Shown: positions 1-15,673 of the stretch, one piece after another
Numbering within the stretch: position 1 is the stretch's first letter
How the letters are laid out: each line of letters opens with the position of its first letter
NCBI RefSeq assembly: GCF_009914755.1
Contig: NC_060938.1
Strand: one strand, 5' to 3'
DNA length: 64,000 bases
From: the human T2T-CHM13v2.0 reference genome, Homo sapiens
Notes under the pieces: generated by a model
What the model was told of the DNA's origin: nothing
What the model saw: only the letters and a program-made list of their open reading frames with translations
The model's database searches: none
Position numbers and translations under genes: made by a program

Positions 1-331
1 GCTGAGGGACAGTTATTGTACCACTTACCTGGAGATGGATGTTGAAAGATATTTTAATTTGCAGAATTATTTTATAACCATAAGAGACCATTCAGTGGTA
101 ACAACATGTTCAAGTCTTTTCTTAAACCTTGAAGTGGATGATATTGGGAATACTCAAGTGATACAGAAGAGATATGTATAGGGAAGATGTATCTAGGAAG
201 CTTTTAATAGAACAGACTCCCAGTAGTGAAATCGTACTAGGAAAATAAGGAAGAAATGTGGATCATCCAGTTGTAGTAATACAATTGTGAATAATGGATA
301 GTTGAGGGAAGCCAAGTATACATGGTTACAT

Positions 332-1098
<767 letters not shown>

Positions 1099-1928
1099 AC
1101 CAGGGTATCCTGTCTCTCTAGACCCATTTATTTCTGCTGAACTATGACCTTGCCATTTTCCAGATACCCCCACCTTCTGTCCTAAGCATCCCTCTGATTC
1201 TACATCTACAGTGACACCCCAAGATTTCTGGCCCACTCCAAAAATTGCCCTTCTCCCACTCTTGCCACCACCAAGGAATCTGGTGGAATGAATGTGGACT
1301 CACCACTTGGGTACCAGAAAGGGGTGACACTGGTGGTGGGTGTGCATCCATGAGGCAGTCACTACAAAGTCTGAGTGAATTTCTACAGCTGCTAATATGG
1401 GCACAGCCCTCATTCGAGTACAGCTGCCACTAGTACCATCCCTGGAGAGCCCTGAATCCTCCTCTGGTAAAGAGTAAATGGTTGGGTCCATCCTTGGTCA
1501 TAGCATGACCTTGGCAGAAAGAGACAATGTCCTGCAGTCTCTGGGGCTTAAATTTACTGCCAGCCTCAACCCCAGGGGAATTCTTCCACAAACAGTATTT
1601 TTGGTTCCCTTGAAAGTTATTGAGTTTGATTAGGTCTGTGGCTTGCGTTTGAGAGAATCCAGGATTTGTCTTCATGTCTTGTTGTGAAAGGCCTAGCCTG
1701 GTACTTTGGAAGAGGTGTTTCATGGAGTCTCCCATTGTTTGACCTGATGGGGTTAGTCTGCCACCATGACCCTATTGGACTATGCTGGAAATGCAGAGTT
1801 GCAAGCCAGAGGCTCCCTGACCTCCAGGCTCATGATCTATTGGTCATCATCATTGTAATTAGAAGATACTGCTGTTGCTGATTATGTGTGTTGGTGAAGA
1901 AGTAGTTGGGTTTGGATGCGGTATGTCT

Positions 1929-2145
1929 AGAGCTGCATACCAATATAGTAGCCACTAGCCACATGTAGCTATTTAAATTTAAATTTGAATCATTTAAAAT
2001 TAAATGAATTTTAAAATTCAGTTCATCAGTCACACTAGCCAGTTTTCAACAGCCCAATAGCCACATGGGGCTAGTGGCTGCCATATTGGAGAGCACGGTT
2101 ATGGGATATTTTCATCATTGCAGGAAATTACACTGGACAGCGCCA
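1929..2145 (-). mobile_element. MER3 (hAT-Charlie MITE)
   Basis: Internal inverted repeat tagccactagccacatgt...agccacatggggctagtggct around an AT-rich core, ending tggacagcgc. Confidence 0.8.
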
Positions 2146-2189
2146 GTCTACAGTTATTTGCTTTCCCAAGCTTTCCACGCACACAAGCT

Positions 2190-2222
<33 letters not shown>

Positions 2223-2354
2223 AAGTGGAATTTTCCAAGTATTGAGAATATGTCAGCTCCATAATAAGAGGAAACATGATTTAATCTCTTACTGTCTGTT
2301 GGAAATAATAAAATATATGCATCTATTTTTTAAAAGAGGAAAAATGAGTATTGC

Positions 2355-2490
2355 TAGACCAATGTTTCCCAATTTGTAATGTGGACATAAATCACCTAGG
2401 GTTCTTGTTGAACTGTCGGTTCTGATTTAGCAGGTGCAGGTGGGGCCTATGGTTCTTCTTCTGGATCACAGACCACACCTTGAATAGGGA
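2355..2490. mobile_element. MER5-like DNA transposon fragment
   Basis: aatcacctagggttcttgtt...ttctgatttagcaggtgcaggtggggcct...gaccacaccttgaatag. Confidence 0.55.
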
Positions 2491-2708
2491 AGAGTTGTAG
2501 CATGTGACTTGTGAGTTAGGACCTTATCACTGTTTAAAGGGCCAAGGACATAAATACAGCAAGTGAACTTTAAATGGAAAGACAGAAGCTGAAGGAAATA
2601 CTCTTATCGCCCAACACCAGAAGAATTAGACCAATGCCCATTCTTTAGTCTGAATGTGAGACAGCATAGCAAAGATGAGCTATGCAGCATGGCAGAATTA
2701 AGAACTGG

Positions 2709-3235
<527 letters not shown>

Positions 3236-3779
3236 TTAAATCAATAAGTGCATGTAACATTCTGCTTCTAACAAGAGAATATGCTTTACTCTGGATGTGT
3301 CAATACATTTCTGACCAGTTGTACATCACTTGGCTTGAAACAGGACCATAATTTCTCCCCTGAGGATTGAGGAAGGGGTGGGAGGTGGAGGATAGTGTGT
3401 TTTGATGAAAGATTGGGTCCATGAAGCATCCTGGGTTATAGTACTAGTGAAAAAATTAGAGTCAAAAGTTGAGTCCATAATTGATAGGAATGGTCCAGGG
3501 AGTTTAATCAATGGCATGGTAGACAGCAGCCATTTGAAGGGCATGCCGGCAACCATCACTTAACATGCCTCCTTAAAGAAACTGTTCATCATTGGTTACT
3601 GTTGGTGTACCAAAGTCTGCATTTGGAATTTGTGCAGCTTTTGTAGAATCTGCCCCTTAAATATGAGATGTTTCCCTTTGGTGAGTGACTGCAAAACAGA
3701 CTTGAGTCACTGAAGAGAATATGACACGAGCTTTTCTCTGGTATTGATCTTCTTTAAACCTTCTTCCTTCACCCCAAAG

Positions 3780-3905
3780 CAAAGAGCCCAGCCAACAGCG
3801 AGTAAAAAGATGGGGCTTCTCTTTCGATGAGATATTGAAGGACCAGGTGGGGCGGGACCAGTTTCTACGATTCCTGGAGTCCGAATTCAGTTCAGAAAAC
3901 CTCAG
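3780..3905 (+). CDS. RGS6: RGS6 coding exon (linker and start of RGS domain), 126 nt, phase 2/2
   Basis: Pyrimidine tract + AAG acceptor (AG 3778-3779) and CAG|GTAAAT donor. Translates (S)[41 protein letters not shown](R), with the RGS hallmark EFSSENL; I recognise it as RGS6. Confidence 0.97.
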
Positions 3906-6900
3906 GTAAATCTCTCAAAGTTTGAGCTGTGTGCGGAATGTGTGTGAAGAAATTTGCATAATCGGTCTCTCCATCTCTCTCTCTCTCAATGAAACGTTAT
4001 CAGGGTTCAAATTCAAATGCCAGCTAATCTGGCTGAGGTTGAAATGGAGAAGAACAAATTAAAATATGTAACTCTGTCACCACCATAATAGCACCTACTA
4101 ACACCAGCATGTTTCAGTTCAAGTCTATATGACCTTTGTGCGACTAATTGGAAATAAGTCTTCAATAATAATTAGTCAAACGGATTTGACAACATCATTC
4201 ATTAAGTACAGCCATAGAACCAGGGAGCTTCAGAGTGGAGAGGCATCTCAGAGGCTGTCTCCTCAAAACTTCCCAGTCTGGGGTCCTGAATATCTGAGAA
4301 GCTAAACGGAAGAGGGAGAAGTCAGTGGGCTCATTTCAGAATTTCAAAGAGCAAAGTAAATATCACTCAGTAACTGGTGATGTAACTGTAGCAGCTACGT
4401 AACAGTAGCAGCTAATAAAAACATGCTTTTTTCTTTTAGAACGACTTCTGTCGACTCCAAATAGTGGTTACTCTGATCATCTGACGCCAGTGAGAACACC
4501 TGATTGTTCCTATTGGTCTATAACTAATACTTGATGAGGGAAATGTATTAATAATTACTATTTAATAGGAGAAAAAAATAAGATATTCAAAACCTCAGGT
4601 CCAATATGAGAGGAAGAAAAGGGGGTGAATTGAAAGGAAAAGTCTCCTTGGTTATGAAAAATTTGGGAACTTGTTTATTTAGACTTTTATGGTATTAGAT
4701 GAAGAATCAGAAATCTGCAGAAAATGTGACTTATCTGAGACTTATCTAGTGATCTTAGCAAACTGGTGACTTTTTAATGGGTAAGATGGAATCTCTCTCT
4801 TTCTTTTTTCTTTGTACCAGATTTTGGTTTATATAGTAGAGTAACACCCATCTTCCAGTGCTGTTTTCTTTAAAGATGTCTTAATAATGTTTCAATATTG
4901 TATTACTTTAAAAACTCAGAGCATGTGCTGCGGGCAAAGGACTGCCCCTCCAAAGTTAATGTGCAACATCCATGCACTTATTTGAAGTTGAGACCATCGG
5001 TCCCATACGTCAATCAAGTGATATTTATGCTACACCTGTGCTGTATCAAGCCCTGTGAGAGTCTGCTGAGAGATGCAAGTCAAGATGTGTGATCTTTGCC
5101 TGTAACGACCTTGTAGGTCCTTGAGGAAAAAACACAAGAAATGATTAAATCATTGAATGTCTATAAATGAGTGTAAACTCTAAGAACCATTTCGAAAGCA
5201 TTTAAAGGAGAAGAATCAAAGCTGAAGTAGTTAAATCATAAGCTGGACTTTGAAGAATACACAGGATAATAGTAGACGAAGAAGCAGGAGAGAGAATATT
5301 CCAAGCTGGAGGACCAAATGAGGAAAGAGGTGGCCGTGGGACTCTCCCACTCCATAAGGTCCTGAGAGGACACGTAGATGCCGACTAGCTGTATGGAGCG
5401 TGCTGTTCTAGGCATCCACGTGTCTGTTATAAACCAGACAAGGTTGAGTATCTTATTTTGGGTTATTATACAAGAGCCTTTCCTTGTGCTGAAGCATGAT
5501 TCCAAACACATCTCAGAGCTTCATTTCAATGCCTAATGAAGCATTTGTAACAGAAGGCTTGACTTCTAATACTCTTCACTAGGGTGGTGCTCAGACTAGC
5601 CTCCCTGTATAGGAAGGAAGGCTCTCTGTGGCCAGCTTGATGGACCCAGGTGGCCTCTCTGTGTAGCCAGCTCAGTCCCAGTTTCCACCCCCTCCATGGT
5701 CCCTATGAGCCACCCCTGGGAGTCCTTCTCATCTTCCCTTCTTACCTGTTCCCCTTGGGTCTCCAAGATGGAGCGGTATAGAGGCCCCCTTTACCTAACT
5801 ACCTCTAAGCCCGTAAGTAGCCTCAGGACCCTCTGCTGCCTGCACTCTTGCAGAGAGCTTGAAGAATGACCCAGAGTTTGGTCATTGTGAGGGTCCCAGG
5901 AGCATCCACTGGCTCAGCTGCCACCTTGCCTGGTCAGAGCATTCATTCTAGAAAGTCCCGAGTGTAGCCAGAACCACATATCAGTTCAGACTAGTTTCAC
6001 AAATTATGCATCACACTTAAAGCCCAGAGTGCACCAAGGAGTGTGTCCCTGGCAGGTGTTCAGTGCTTCTTCCTGCCATCACCTCCTGCGCCTCTGCCAG
6101 CTCCTTTCCCCATGCCAGGAGGGCTACATTTAATCTTGGGTGAAAGCATGCATGTGAGCATGTGTTCATGTGCCAGAGCCTAAGCCACACCCCCAGAATG
6201 CAGAAATCCAGACTTCAGAGGGTCACCCCTGCTCCATGACAGGAAAGGAAATAGAATAGCAGGGAGGAAAAGGATAGCCAAGAGCCTCTAAAATCCTCTC
6301 TGGATGCCCAAATTCCATTTTTATGATATTCAGCATAACTGGATACATGGTGGGTGAGAGAGAAGCTCAGTCGTAAATCACATAACTGTAGGACTCTTCA
6401 GTCACCCATCACAGGGCAGCCTTTTCCCCGTTCCATTGCGTTCATCCCTTCAGCTGCAGATATCATCTTAGCACCAACCGTGGCACAGGGCTGGCGGATT
6501 TAGAGCTGACTGAGTAAATATCAGGGTGGCCAGGCATGGCTATACAGATGCACCTCCACTGTGGCTCATGCCATGGAGGCCCCTGGGAGTTGTGCAATAT
6601 GGCACAACTTGAGGATCCTGCCAACCTGTCATGTTGGCCGTGCTGGAGTCGTCCCTTCTCCGCAGGATTGGTGAGGGGCCCAGGCCACTGGCATTGGAGC
6701 ATGGCAGGAAAAAGCCTGACCAGAACTCACCTGGGTAAATTACAAAGTGCTTCTCCACTTCCTCTGTCCTCCTGTGCTCCCTCTCATCTCTCCAGTGAAA
6801 GGGCTGCTTAGATCATAACATTCTTGCACAACCCACGGGGTGCCAGTTAAGTAGCCAAGTGGCTGAATTTCTATCAGAGCTTCAGAATGCGGAATGGAGG

Positions 6901-8936
6901 AGCCCCAAAGTGTCACCCTGGATCCTTTAAGGAACAATTTCTATGATGATGTAATAGAAGTTGACATCCCCTTTGATCAGTGTCTTCTGGGTGGGTCTGT
7001 GAGATGAGGGTGGGGGCATCATCTCTGTGGACTGGGTGGGGTATGACCAGCAGCGCATTTTGCTGAAGCTGTGAGCTCTCTGTGGCAGGGTCTACCTCTT
7101 TTTCTCCTTTTCTGACCCACCTGAGCTGGGTGCAGGCTCCCTTTGCACCGAGTGGACCCACAGACAGCTGTTTGTTGAGTGCCTTGGGAATGCTCATGGC
7201 TTCTGTCCACAAGGCAGGGGCCTCACAGCTCTGATGCAGGGAGCTCCGCTCAGTTTCTTGGCCTCATCCTTCTTCCTGCTTTGTGCATTTTCCCAGAATA
7301 ATGACAGTCACTCCTTCCCATCTTTGCTCCCTCTCCCACATCTCCCCTACACAAATCTTTGTCCTCCCTGGCTTGACACCCTCTGCTGCACAGCAGAGAA
7401 TGAGTTAAAAATCAAAACCCACAGCAAAGAGTGTCCCCCGTACATTTTTTGTGAGCTGTAACATCTCCTGAGAGAAGGTAGTTGTTCTTCTAACCTGCAG
7501 ATTGATGATCCGAGTTCCACACAGTGTCGGCTGAAGGGAGAAGCAATTAAAAGAGAACACAGTGGGGCACCAGGTTCATCTCGAGAGCTCTTGTCTCTGG
7601 CAGTTGCCCTGAGTCCAAGGAAGACCTCAGAAGGTTCACTAGGCCCAGCAGGATCCACCACTTACCAAACCCATGATTAATAGGAACAGAGGTGACTCCC
7701 ACGACACCACAACCATCTGCAGTGTTTCAGTCACTGCCCAGTGAACAGAACTCAGCTTCAGTGGTGCTGGGGGTGGTTACTAACGTAGGCACCCCGGAAT
7801 TTTAGCCCCACCGGGAACTAAACCAAGTTTAAGCTCTGCTGCCTACGTCTCTGGTTGACCAGCAGAGGGCATAGAAACACTTTCTTCTCTCCTGGAGTTT
7901 GCTTTTTCTCTGGGAGCGAACCAAAAGCTGTATTTTCTAACCCATGAAAATTCTAGTTTATGAAAAGATATGTAAACTGGTGACTGAGGGCCTGCCCAGA
8001 CCTCCTGGTAGGATGGAGAATGATCAAGGGCCAAATGGTTTGTCTTACCCAGCCAGCCTTGAGAAAATCCTCTTCCTTGAAAGCCTCTAGGGAGAAAGGA
8101 GGCTCCCACTGGGGCAGCCCCTGGATGGTCCTCCAGCCCTGTTCTCCACTGCTTCGCCCCAGTGGTATCTGAGCCCAGGCTGCCTCGCTCCAAAAGCTAG
8201 TTTCCCCGCCAGCATTTCTAAGTCATGAACACGGATCAAATGCCCGCACAGGGGCTGCCTCCCTACTGCAGCTATGACAATTGGCAGAGACCAGGGGCAG
8301 GTCAGGACAGGTGGTCTCCCAGATATTAGTCCTTGTGGCCTGCCAGTCACAACGGCCCTTCTGCTGCAAGCCATGGAGGCTCAGTGCAGGATGGATGGAT
8401 TTGATGCAGCTGCTGGCATTTCACTCCCTGCCGCTGCCCTTGGGGAGGAGCGGTACCTGCAGGTTTTTTATAAGAGCAGAAGCTTCCAAAGCTTCAAGGG
8501 GCTTCCCATGGGCAGCAGATGTGCAGAGAGGAGCTGCTGTGGCTCTCTGCAGCGGGGAATGTGGCCTGGGCTCTGAGTTCCCAGCTCAGGCCTGTGGGGC
8601 TCGAAGATGGCCAACACTAACCAAAGCCTGTTCTGAATTTCAAATTGACACAAAGGTTCCTCAAAACCAGTGATGGTAAACACATACGGGATGTCAGGAT
8701 GCTGCTGTGACAGCAGTTTTGCTGTTGCCTGAGAGAGACAAGGCAGGTCAACTCCAAGGCAGACAGAAGGCCAGGGAGAGTCCCCAGTGTGTGCAGGGAG
8801 AGAAAACTGCTGTCTAGGGAATGTTACCCCATACCTTCCCCCTCTCCCTTCTTGCCCTTTCCCCCTCCTTCCCTCCCTTTCTCTCCCCTCCCCTTCCTCT
8901 TCCTCCAGCATGCCTGTTGTTTTCACTTGTACTTAA

Positions 8937-9298
<362 letters not shown>

Positions 9299-10445
9299 TT
9301 GATTATGAAATTTGTATTTCCATCAGCTCCGGTCATCTCTATATCCAGCTGAGTGATGTACATTTTCATGTGGCACCCAAATCATCCTGCAAAAAGGACC
9401 CTGAGCCCTCAGGAACCGCAGGGAGCCTGCAGAGCTCCCAGGGTCCTCAGGGCCTTCCCACAGGGGCTCAGCAGCTCCTCCTCAGTGCTGACAGAGGTGA
9501 CAGAAAGTGACCTCCCATGTGGCATTGATTGAGGGGGCAGGAAATCACCCAGGTGTCATCCATTTGTGTGAGAAGTTGCAGGGGCCCAGGGGGCGTGGGA
9601 AGACGCTGACCCAGAAGGTTGCTTCCAGCCAGGGATTCAGCCCAGACGGCCTCCCTCTGTGAACCTGGTTCTCCTGTCTGCCTAGCATGGGGCTGAGGAA
9701 GCCTCACTGACTTCGTCTCTGGACATTTGACCCCTTCTGGGCCTTGGAAAAGCCAACACTGGCTTCTTCCTATAGAGCCAGGTTCCCCGCATCTTTCACC
9801 TACTGGTCAGACATGGCCTTCCAGGCAGAGAAAGCCTTGTAGGTACTCTCACCAGCAGATGGCCATTTTCACTTGGCAAGCCTCCCGGCCACTTCCTTCT
9901 TTTCACAGCAGACCTGAGAGAGTGGACAGAGAGCCCTACAGAACCTAGGGCAGGCCTGGGAGATGGAGGAGACCCATGCCCCAGCTCAAGAGTCAAGGGC
10001 CCACCTGAACAATGAGGTAGGGGAACAGCTCCTTTCAAGCCCTTCCTTCCCCACCCTCTCTGGACTCTGGATAAAGAAACACGACTGCTTTCCTCTCACC
10101 CAGAAGCCAGAAGGACCTGAGCACCCAGGACTTGTGGCTGTCAGAGAGCTGTGGAAGGGCAGGGGACACCAGATGGCAGCAGCAAGAGCTGGGCGGCAGC
10201 ATCTGCCCAGGCCACCTGCGGAGAGAAGGCTGGAATCCGAGGGATCACACTGGGCCAGCATTGAGCCTGTGGCCACCACACTGACCCCTCCTCAGCTCCC
10301 CCTCACAGGACCTGAAAGCATTTCTGAGTTAAGTCTGCATAGGAAGTTTTCCAGAGCCATGCCACATATCCCTCCATCCACTCAGTGCCCATTTTACAGA
10401 TGAAGAGAGAGGCACCCAGAAAGGTACACCAAGGCAAGATATGGC

Positions 10446-10524
10446 GTAGACAGGATGAGGGCAGAGCCAGCTTCCTGATCTGATGGAAGTCATGAAGCCT
10501 TCTCTGCCTTACGCTTGGCTCTGC
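10446..10524 (+). ncRNA. MIR7843: Intronic microRNA hairpin mir-7843
   Basis: GAGGGCAGAGCCAGCTTCCTGA (10457-10478) pairs with ATGAAGCCTTCTCTGCCTTACG (10492-10513). I recall these as miR-7843-5p and -3p; precursor limits are approximate. Confidence 0.75.
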
Positions 10525-11492
10525 AGGGTCGCTGAGAGGTTCCTTTAAGGAGATCATCAGAATCCTAAATGGCAAAAAATGGCAAATCAGGGGAAGAGTT
10601 GGAGCCCAGCATTTGGGGACACACACACACACACACAGTCGTCTTGCCTTGCAGAAATTGGGTTGCATTACTCCAGTCTGCCACTGAGTGGCACCTTTGG
10701 GCCATGCACTTGGCTCCAAAGACATTTCTCTGAACAGCAACAGAAAAACATGTTTAACCCTAAAAAAAAAAAAAAGAAACAAGTACATCTTACTTTGGAT
10801 GAAATTTGATGACAGATTGAATGCACTGTCTGCACTTTCCACCACGTCATGTTTCAGCTTCGCTTGTCCCTCCCTTTCTGTTGACTAGACTACCTGTGAT
10901 TCCCGCTGCTCTCGGAACCAGCACAGGACCTACTCTCTTACTCACTGATGGGGGAGCTGGCCTGTCCATGCACAGGGCAAAGGATATGACACCCAGACCT
11001 GGATCCTGCTGCAAGGCTGCCTTGGGAACCATCCTTAAGACCCGGTAGCTGTTGTCCAAGCTTTGGCTCTGGCTGCTGCTGCTCTCAGCAGAAAAGAGCT
11101 CACTGCTCCCATGCGATGCTGAGGGATTAAACAGAGGCAAATACGGAAGTGAGCAGATTTTTCTCTCTTGCTCTCTGCAGAAGGAGAACCATTCTGCAGA
11201 GAAGTTTTCAACATATGCCTCTTCAGCATTGCTCCAGATGCGTCCGTCTTCACTCTGAAACCCATATATTGAGCACCTACTATTTGCCAAGCACCGTGCT
11301 GAGCACTGATGTGAATTGGCTCAGTTTCTCCATCTATAATAGGAATGGCTGGTTCATTCTTACACAGATAGTCTTTATGATTCCAGGACACTGCCTGCTT
11401 CTGGGATCTCTCCTCCATTTTGATGCCATCACTTGATCCCAACTAGATTTGACAAAGGGTCTCACACTGTCTGCATGGTGGCATGTATGTAG

Positions 11493-11712
11493 CACTGGGG
11501 TTCTCAACCAGGAATGAGTTCATCTCCCAGGGGACATTGGGCAATGTTTGGAAACATTTTTAGTTGTCATAACTTGGGAAGGGGGGTTGCTATTGGCATC
11601 TAGTGGGTAGAGGCCAAGGTTGCTGCTAAACATCCTACATTTCACAGAATAGCCTCAACAACAAAGAATTATCCAGCCTGAAGTGGCAATAGTGCTGAGG
11701 TTGAGAAACCTT
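11493..11712 (+). mobile_element. MER20 (hAT-Charlie)
   Basis: Terminal inverted repeats ggttctcaacc / ggttgagaaacc with the typical tggcatctagtgggtagaggcca...gctgctaaacatcctaca core. Confidence 0.85.
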
Positions 11713-11973
11713 CATGTAGAAGGAGAGAAATCCCGTTCTGATAACGAGAAGCACATTGATCTTTTAATATGCAATTCTTTTCTGTTCTGCACCGTAGGAA
11801 CACCTTTGATGTTTTCACAATCTCCATGGTCTTTGCAGCTCATGTAGTGGCATCAGGGCAGGCTGAGAGATGCAGCAGAATGGGTTTCATGGGACATCAG
11901 CTCTGGGGCCATCTCAGGCAACATCCCGATGCTGAGCCCCCTGGAACTGACTGTGTTTCTGCTCCCACTTCAG

Positions 11974-12160
11974 GTTCTGGCTGGCTGTCCAAGATCTTAA
12001 GAAACAACCCCTACAGGATGTGGCCAAGAGGGTAGAAGAAATCTGGCAAGAGTTTCTGGCTCCAGGGGCTCCAAGTGCAATCAACCTGGATTCTCACAGC
12101 TATGAGATAACCAGTCAAAATGTCAAAGATGGAGGGAGATATACATTTGAAGACGCCCAG
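11974..12160 (+). CDS. RGS6: RGS6 coding exon (RGS domain core), 187 nt, phase 2/0
   Basis: cccacttcag acceptor and CAG|GTTTGC donor. Continues in frame: (R)[62 protein letters not shown]. Confidence 0.97.
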
Positions 12161-13559
12161 GTTTGCTTATCTACTCAAGTGGTTGTCATAAGGTGTTCAT
12201 TTGTCCCCTTCATTGCCTGACCTATTAACACAAGTTCAAGGCATTGTGGGTAGTTAAAATTTCAGATTTGGTTATTTTTAAGTTCATCAGTGGAAACCAT
12301 TTCAGATAGGCGCACAGCAAAATCCCAGGATCGTTTTCCTAGATGGGTTATGTATTACATAGAAACCAAAATGTGCAGTTATATGCTTTATTTGTTCCAG
12401 GAAAGCCTCAAAGTGTTTTACAAAATCTGAAGGCTTGTAATAAGTCAGTGATAGAATCTGGAAACCAGAACACAGCATTGGGGAAGTGGGTGTAGTGAGT
12501 TAGCAGGGCCATGAGTCAAACCCACATCTGTCTACCTCTGAAGCCCACACTGATAACCACCTCTCTACACTGCTTCCGCAGTGATCTCCAGCTCTGCAGT
12601 GAATATTTTTTAAGCACATCTATATTCCAGGCTCTGCGCTATGTGATAAGATACCACAAAGAACAGGCAAAACCCCTGTTCTCACCGAGGTTGAGTGGGA
12701 GACAGACAAGTAAATGGGCAACTTCAACAGTGTGAAAAGTGCCCCAAATGGGTGAACCCTAGGTTAAAGCAAGCCTGCAGGAGGGACTCCCAACCCTGTA
12801 GGACACAATTAAGATGCTCACAGATGCTAGTGATGCTGGCTAAAGAAACAGGAACCACCCTAACCAGCAGACTAAATTTTGACGGCTGGGAGGTGCCATT
12901 TCTAAAAATAAGCATTGGGTTGGTTTCTTACTTCCTGGCCCCTAATTTCTATTTCCTGTCACCATCCCACACCCAGTGACAGGGCTTAAGATTTTGCTTA
13001 TCTCCTTGACCCCACTTACTTCTCTCACCTCTGGGGCCCCCAGTAGAGAATTTGGGTGGTTTGCCCCTTGCAGACATTATTATCTGATTTAGGAAACTCA
13101 GTGTAGCTGCACCAATGCAAATAATGGCATGAGAACAGTGTCCCTTATCATCCAGAATTACCTTGTCATTTGCTCAGAACTTCAAGATGGAAACACCTAC
13201 CAACCTCAACACCATAACTATCTACTTCTCTCCCCCTGGTCACGAGCTCCATCAAATGCCTGTGCCAATCACGAAATCATGACTCCTTCATATACCCCTT
13301 GCAGCTTCAAAGCAGAATGTTTGAGTCATGAGAGCTCTTTGCTGAGATATTTTTGCTTATGTGTATGTACGTATGCTTTCAAGCACCATATTGACATGGC
13401 CAGAGAGGAGAGTGACAGGGGAGTTCCGTGGGGGTTCCCTGCATGAACAAGCTGAAGCTCAAACTCCAATATTTATGAAACACAAGAAGAGGGATACTGG
13501 TCAAAACCTTGATGCATCTAGCACAGTATTAACACTCCAAGCATGACATCAGGAGGGAT

Positions 13560-15040
13560 TTATTTTAATTTTTTATTATGAAAACTTTTAACACTTGGAA
13601 AAGTGGAAACAGCAAAACAGCAAACATTTATAGACCCTCATCCAGCCTCAAAAATCATCAGTACACGTCTGATCTTGCTTTATCTCTAGCCCCATCTACT
13701 TTTTCACCTGCCACCAGGTTACTTTACAACAAATCCAAGATGTTGCATCATTTCATCTGTAAACTTAGATATGTATCTCTAAAAAAAAGATCCTTTTGTT
13801 TTAATATTGCCACAATATCCTTTATCTCCCTCCCTTCCTCACATCCCCTTGCAATTTATTTGATGAAGGATTTAGATCCTTTGTCCTGTAAAGAGTTCCA
13901 AGCTCTGGATTTTTCTGATTGCAGCCCTGTGGTGCTATTTAGCATGTTCTTCTATCATCTCTCTTTCCTATAAATTCGTTTTATAAGATATTTAATCAGA
14001 TTTAGGTTTGATTTTTATGGACAAAACCACTTCATGGATTGTGTGGTGCTCTCCTATCAGAAGGCACATGTCTAGCCACCTCTCTTTTTGACCTTTTTGC
14101 AGATATTGATGTCTATCGCTTATATCCATTAGTTAATTAGAGGTTACAAAACAACAACGTACTAATTTTATTCTTTCTTCACTTATTAGCTGGAATACTT
14201 TCATAAAGAGAAACTTCCCTCCACCACTATGGTATTAACTAGCAGTACAATTCACATAAGAAAAGCAGGATAAATATTTGATTCTCTCCCTTCATTTGCC
14301 AGTTTTCAAAATGAGTGGTTTGCTATTATCTTCCTATGGTAAACATTAGGGTCTATTTTGGTTTTACTATCTTTGTAAACTCATGAGTTTAAACATATAT
14401 GCTATGTTTTAATCCATTTTGCTGATTACTTTTATTGATGCTTGGATTGGGCCATCTCTGGCCAGTTGGCTCTTTCTGACACAGCCCTAAGAGTGATCTT
14501 TGACATCATCCAAATAGCAGGGAAGCTAAGATATTCCAGTCTTTGCCCTTACCCAGAATAAGCTGTTTCTCCAAGGATCCCTGATTCCTCTTAGTGAGAA
14601 ATGGTATTTAGAGACTAAAATCTAGGCACTTAGAGTGTTTCATTGTTCCTGGATTGTTTATCATTTCCAGCCCTTTTCAGTCGACAGAGCTAGGAAATGT
14701 GTTGCTGTTTATAATAAAAATACATCCTGAGTTCATACTGATACTTTTAATTCAAATTCTGACCTACAGGGGATTTTATTTAACCGCTTGTTTCTTACAC
14801 CTGTGCCTCTTTTCTCTATGCTGACAATCCTGACTTTCAAGGGCACTGGATGATAGCATAATTACTCATTTGCTTTATACTACACAGAGCAGTCTCTAAA
14901 CCACAATGCTAAAAATACAGCAACAGTATGATTATCGCCTGGTTCTTTAATTGTTGCATAGTATTCCGTTGTGTGGAGGCACCATAGTTTAGTCAACCAG
15001 TCCTCTCTTCTTGGACATTTATGTTGTCTCTACTTCAAGA
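13560..15040 (-). mobile_element. Ancient L1M-type LINE fragments
   Basis: AT/T-rich degenerate stretch with L1M 3'-end-like motifs (e.g. gcatagtattccgttgtgtgga...ttggacatttatgttgt). Confidence 0.5.
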
Positions 15041-15349
15041 AAGTTTTGATGGAAGAAGTGGGGAAGTCAGCCTAACGAAGGTTACATATTGACAAGTATC
15101 TCAATATCCAACCTACAGTGCTCTACCATTTTCCAAGTACTTCTAAATACATTCTATCTAATTTCTACAGCAATCTAGACTAGACATGAGGATGTCTTAA
15201 GCATCCCCATCTTCTTCATTATCTGCTAGGATTAGTCTCCCATGAATTCAAATAAAACACTCTTCCTAAGCCAATCCCTATTTTCAGACCAATTTCCTAT
15301 TGCTTCTGAAGTGTATTTCCACCATAAATATACAAAGTGTTCCTTTCTA

Positions 15350-15520
15350 GCAGAGTGACCTTGGACAAGTTGCTTAAATTCCCTGAGTCTTCCTTTCCTC
15401 ATCTGTAGAACAGGGATACAATGGAGCCTACACATAGGGGTGGAATGGGGACCAGGTGAAAGGAAGCATGTCAACCACTAACGATGTCTGGCCCACAATA
15501 AGACAGAGTAAATACTACCA
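15350..15520 (+). mobile_element. MIR SINE
   Basis: gtgaccttggacaagttgcttaaattccctgagtct...ttcctcatctgta core. Confidence 0.7.
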
Positions 15521-15673
15521 TCTTATTTTTCTAATGTCACTAATATTCTCTTTTTAAGCCGTAGTGTTTAATGTATTTGGTAAAAATTTTTAAATAATTT
15601 CACATAACCTTAGCACCCAGAGATAACCCCTATTTTGGTGTATTTTCTTCCTTGATTTATGTGTGTAGCTACG

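Noticed and set aside
7480-7640. Acceptor-like ttcttctaacctgcag in the intron between two RGS-domain exons
   Set aside because: No convincing partner donor, and inclusion would break the RGS domain; likely a pseudo-site.
8830-8905. Polypyrimidine tract (and the purine tract at 22240-22355) as H-DNA elements
   Set aside because: Low-complexity sequence without clear mirror symmetry; common in human introns.
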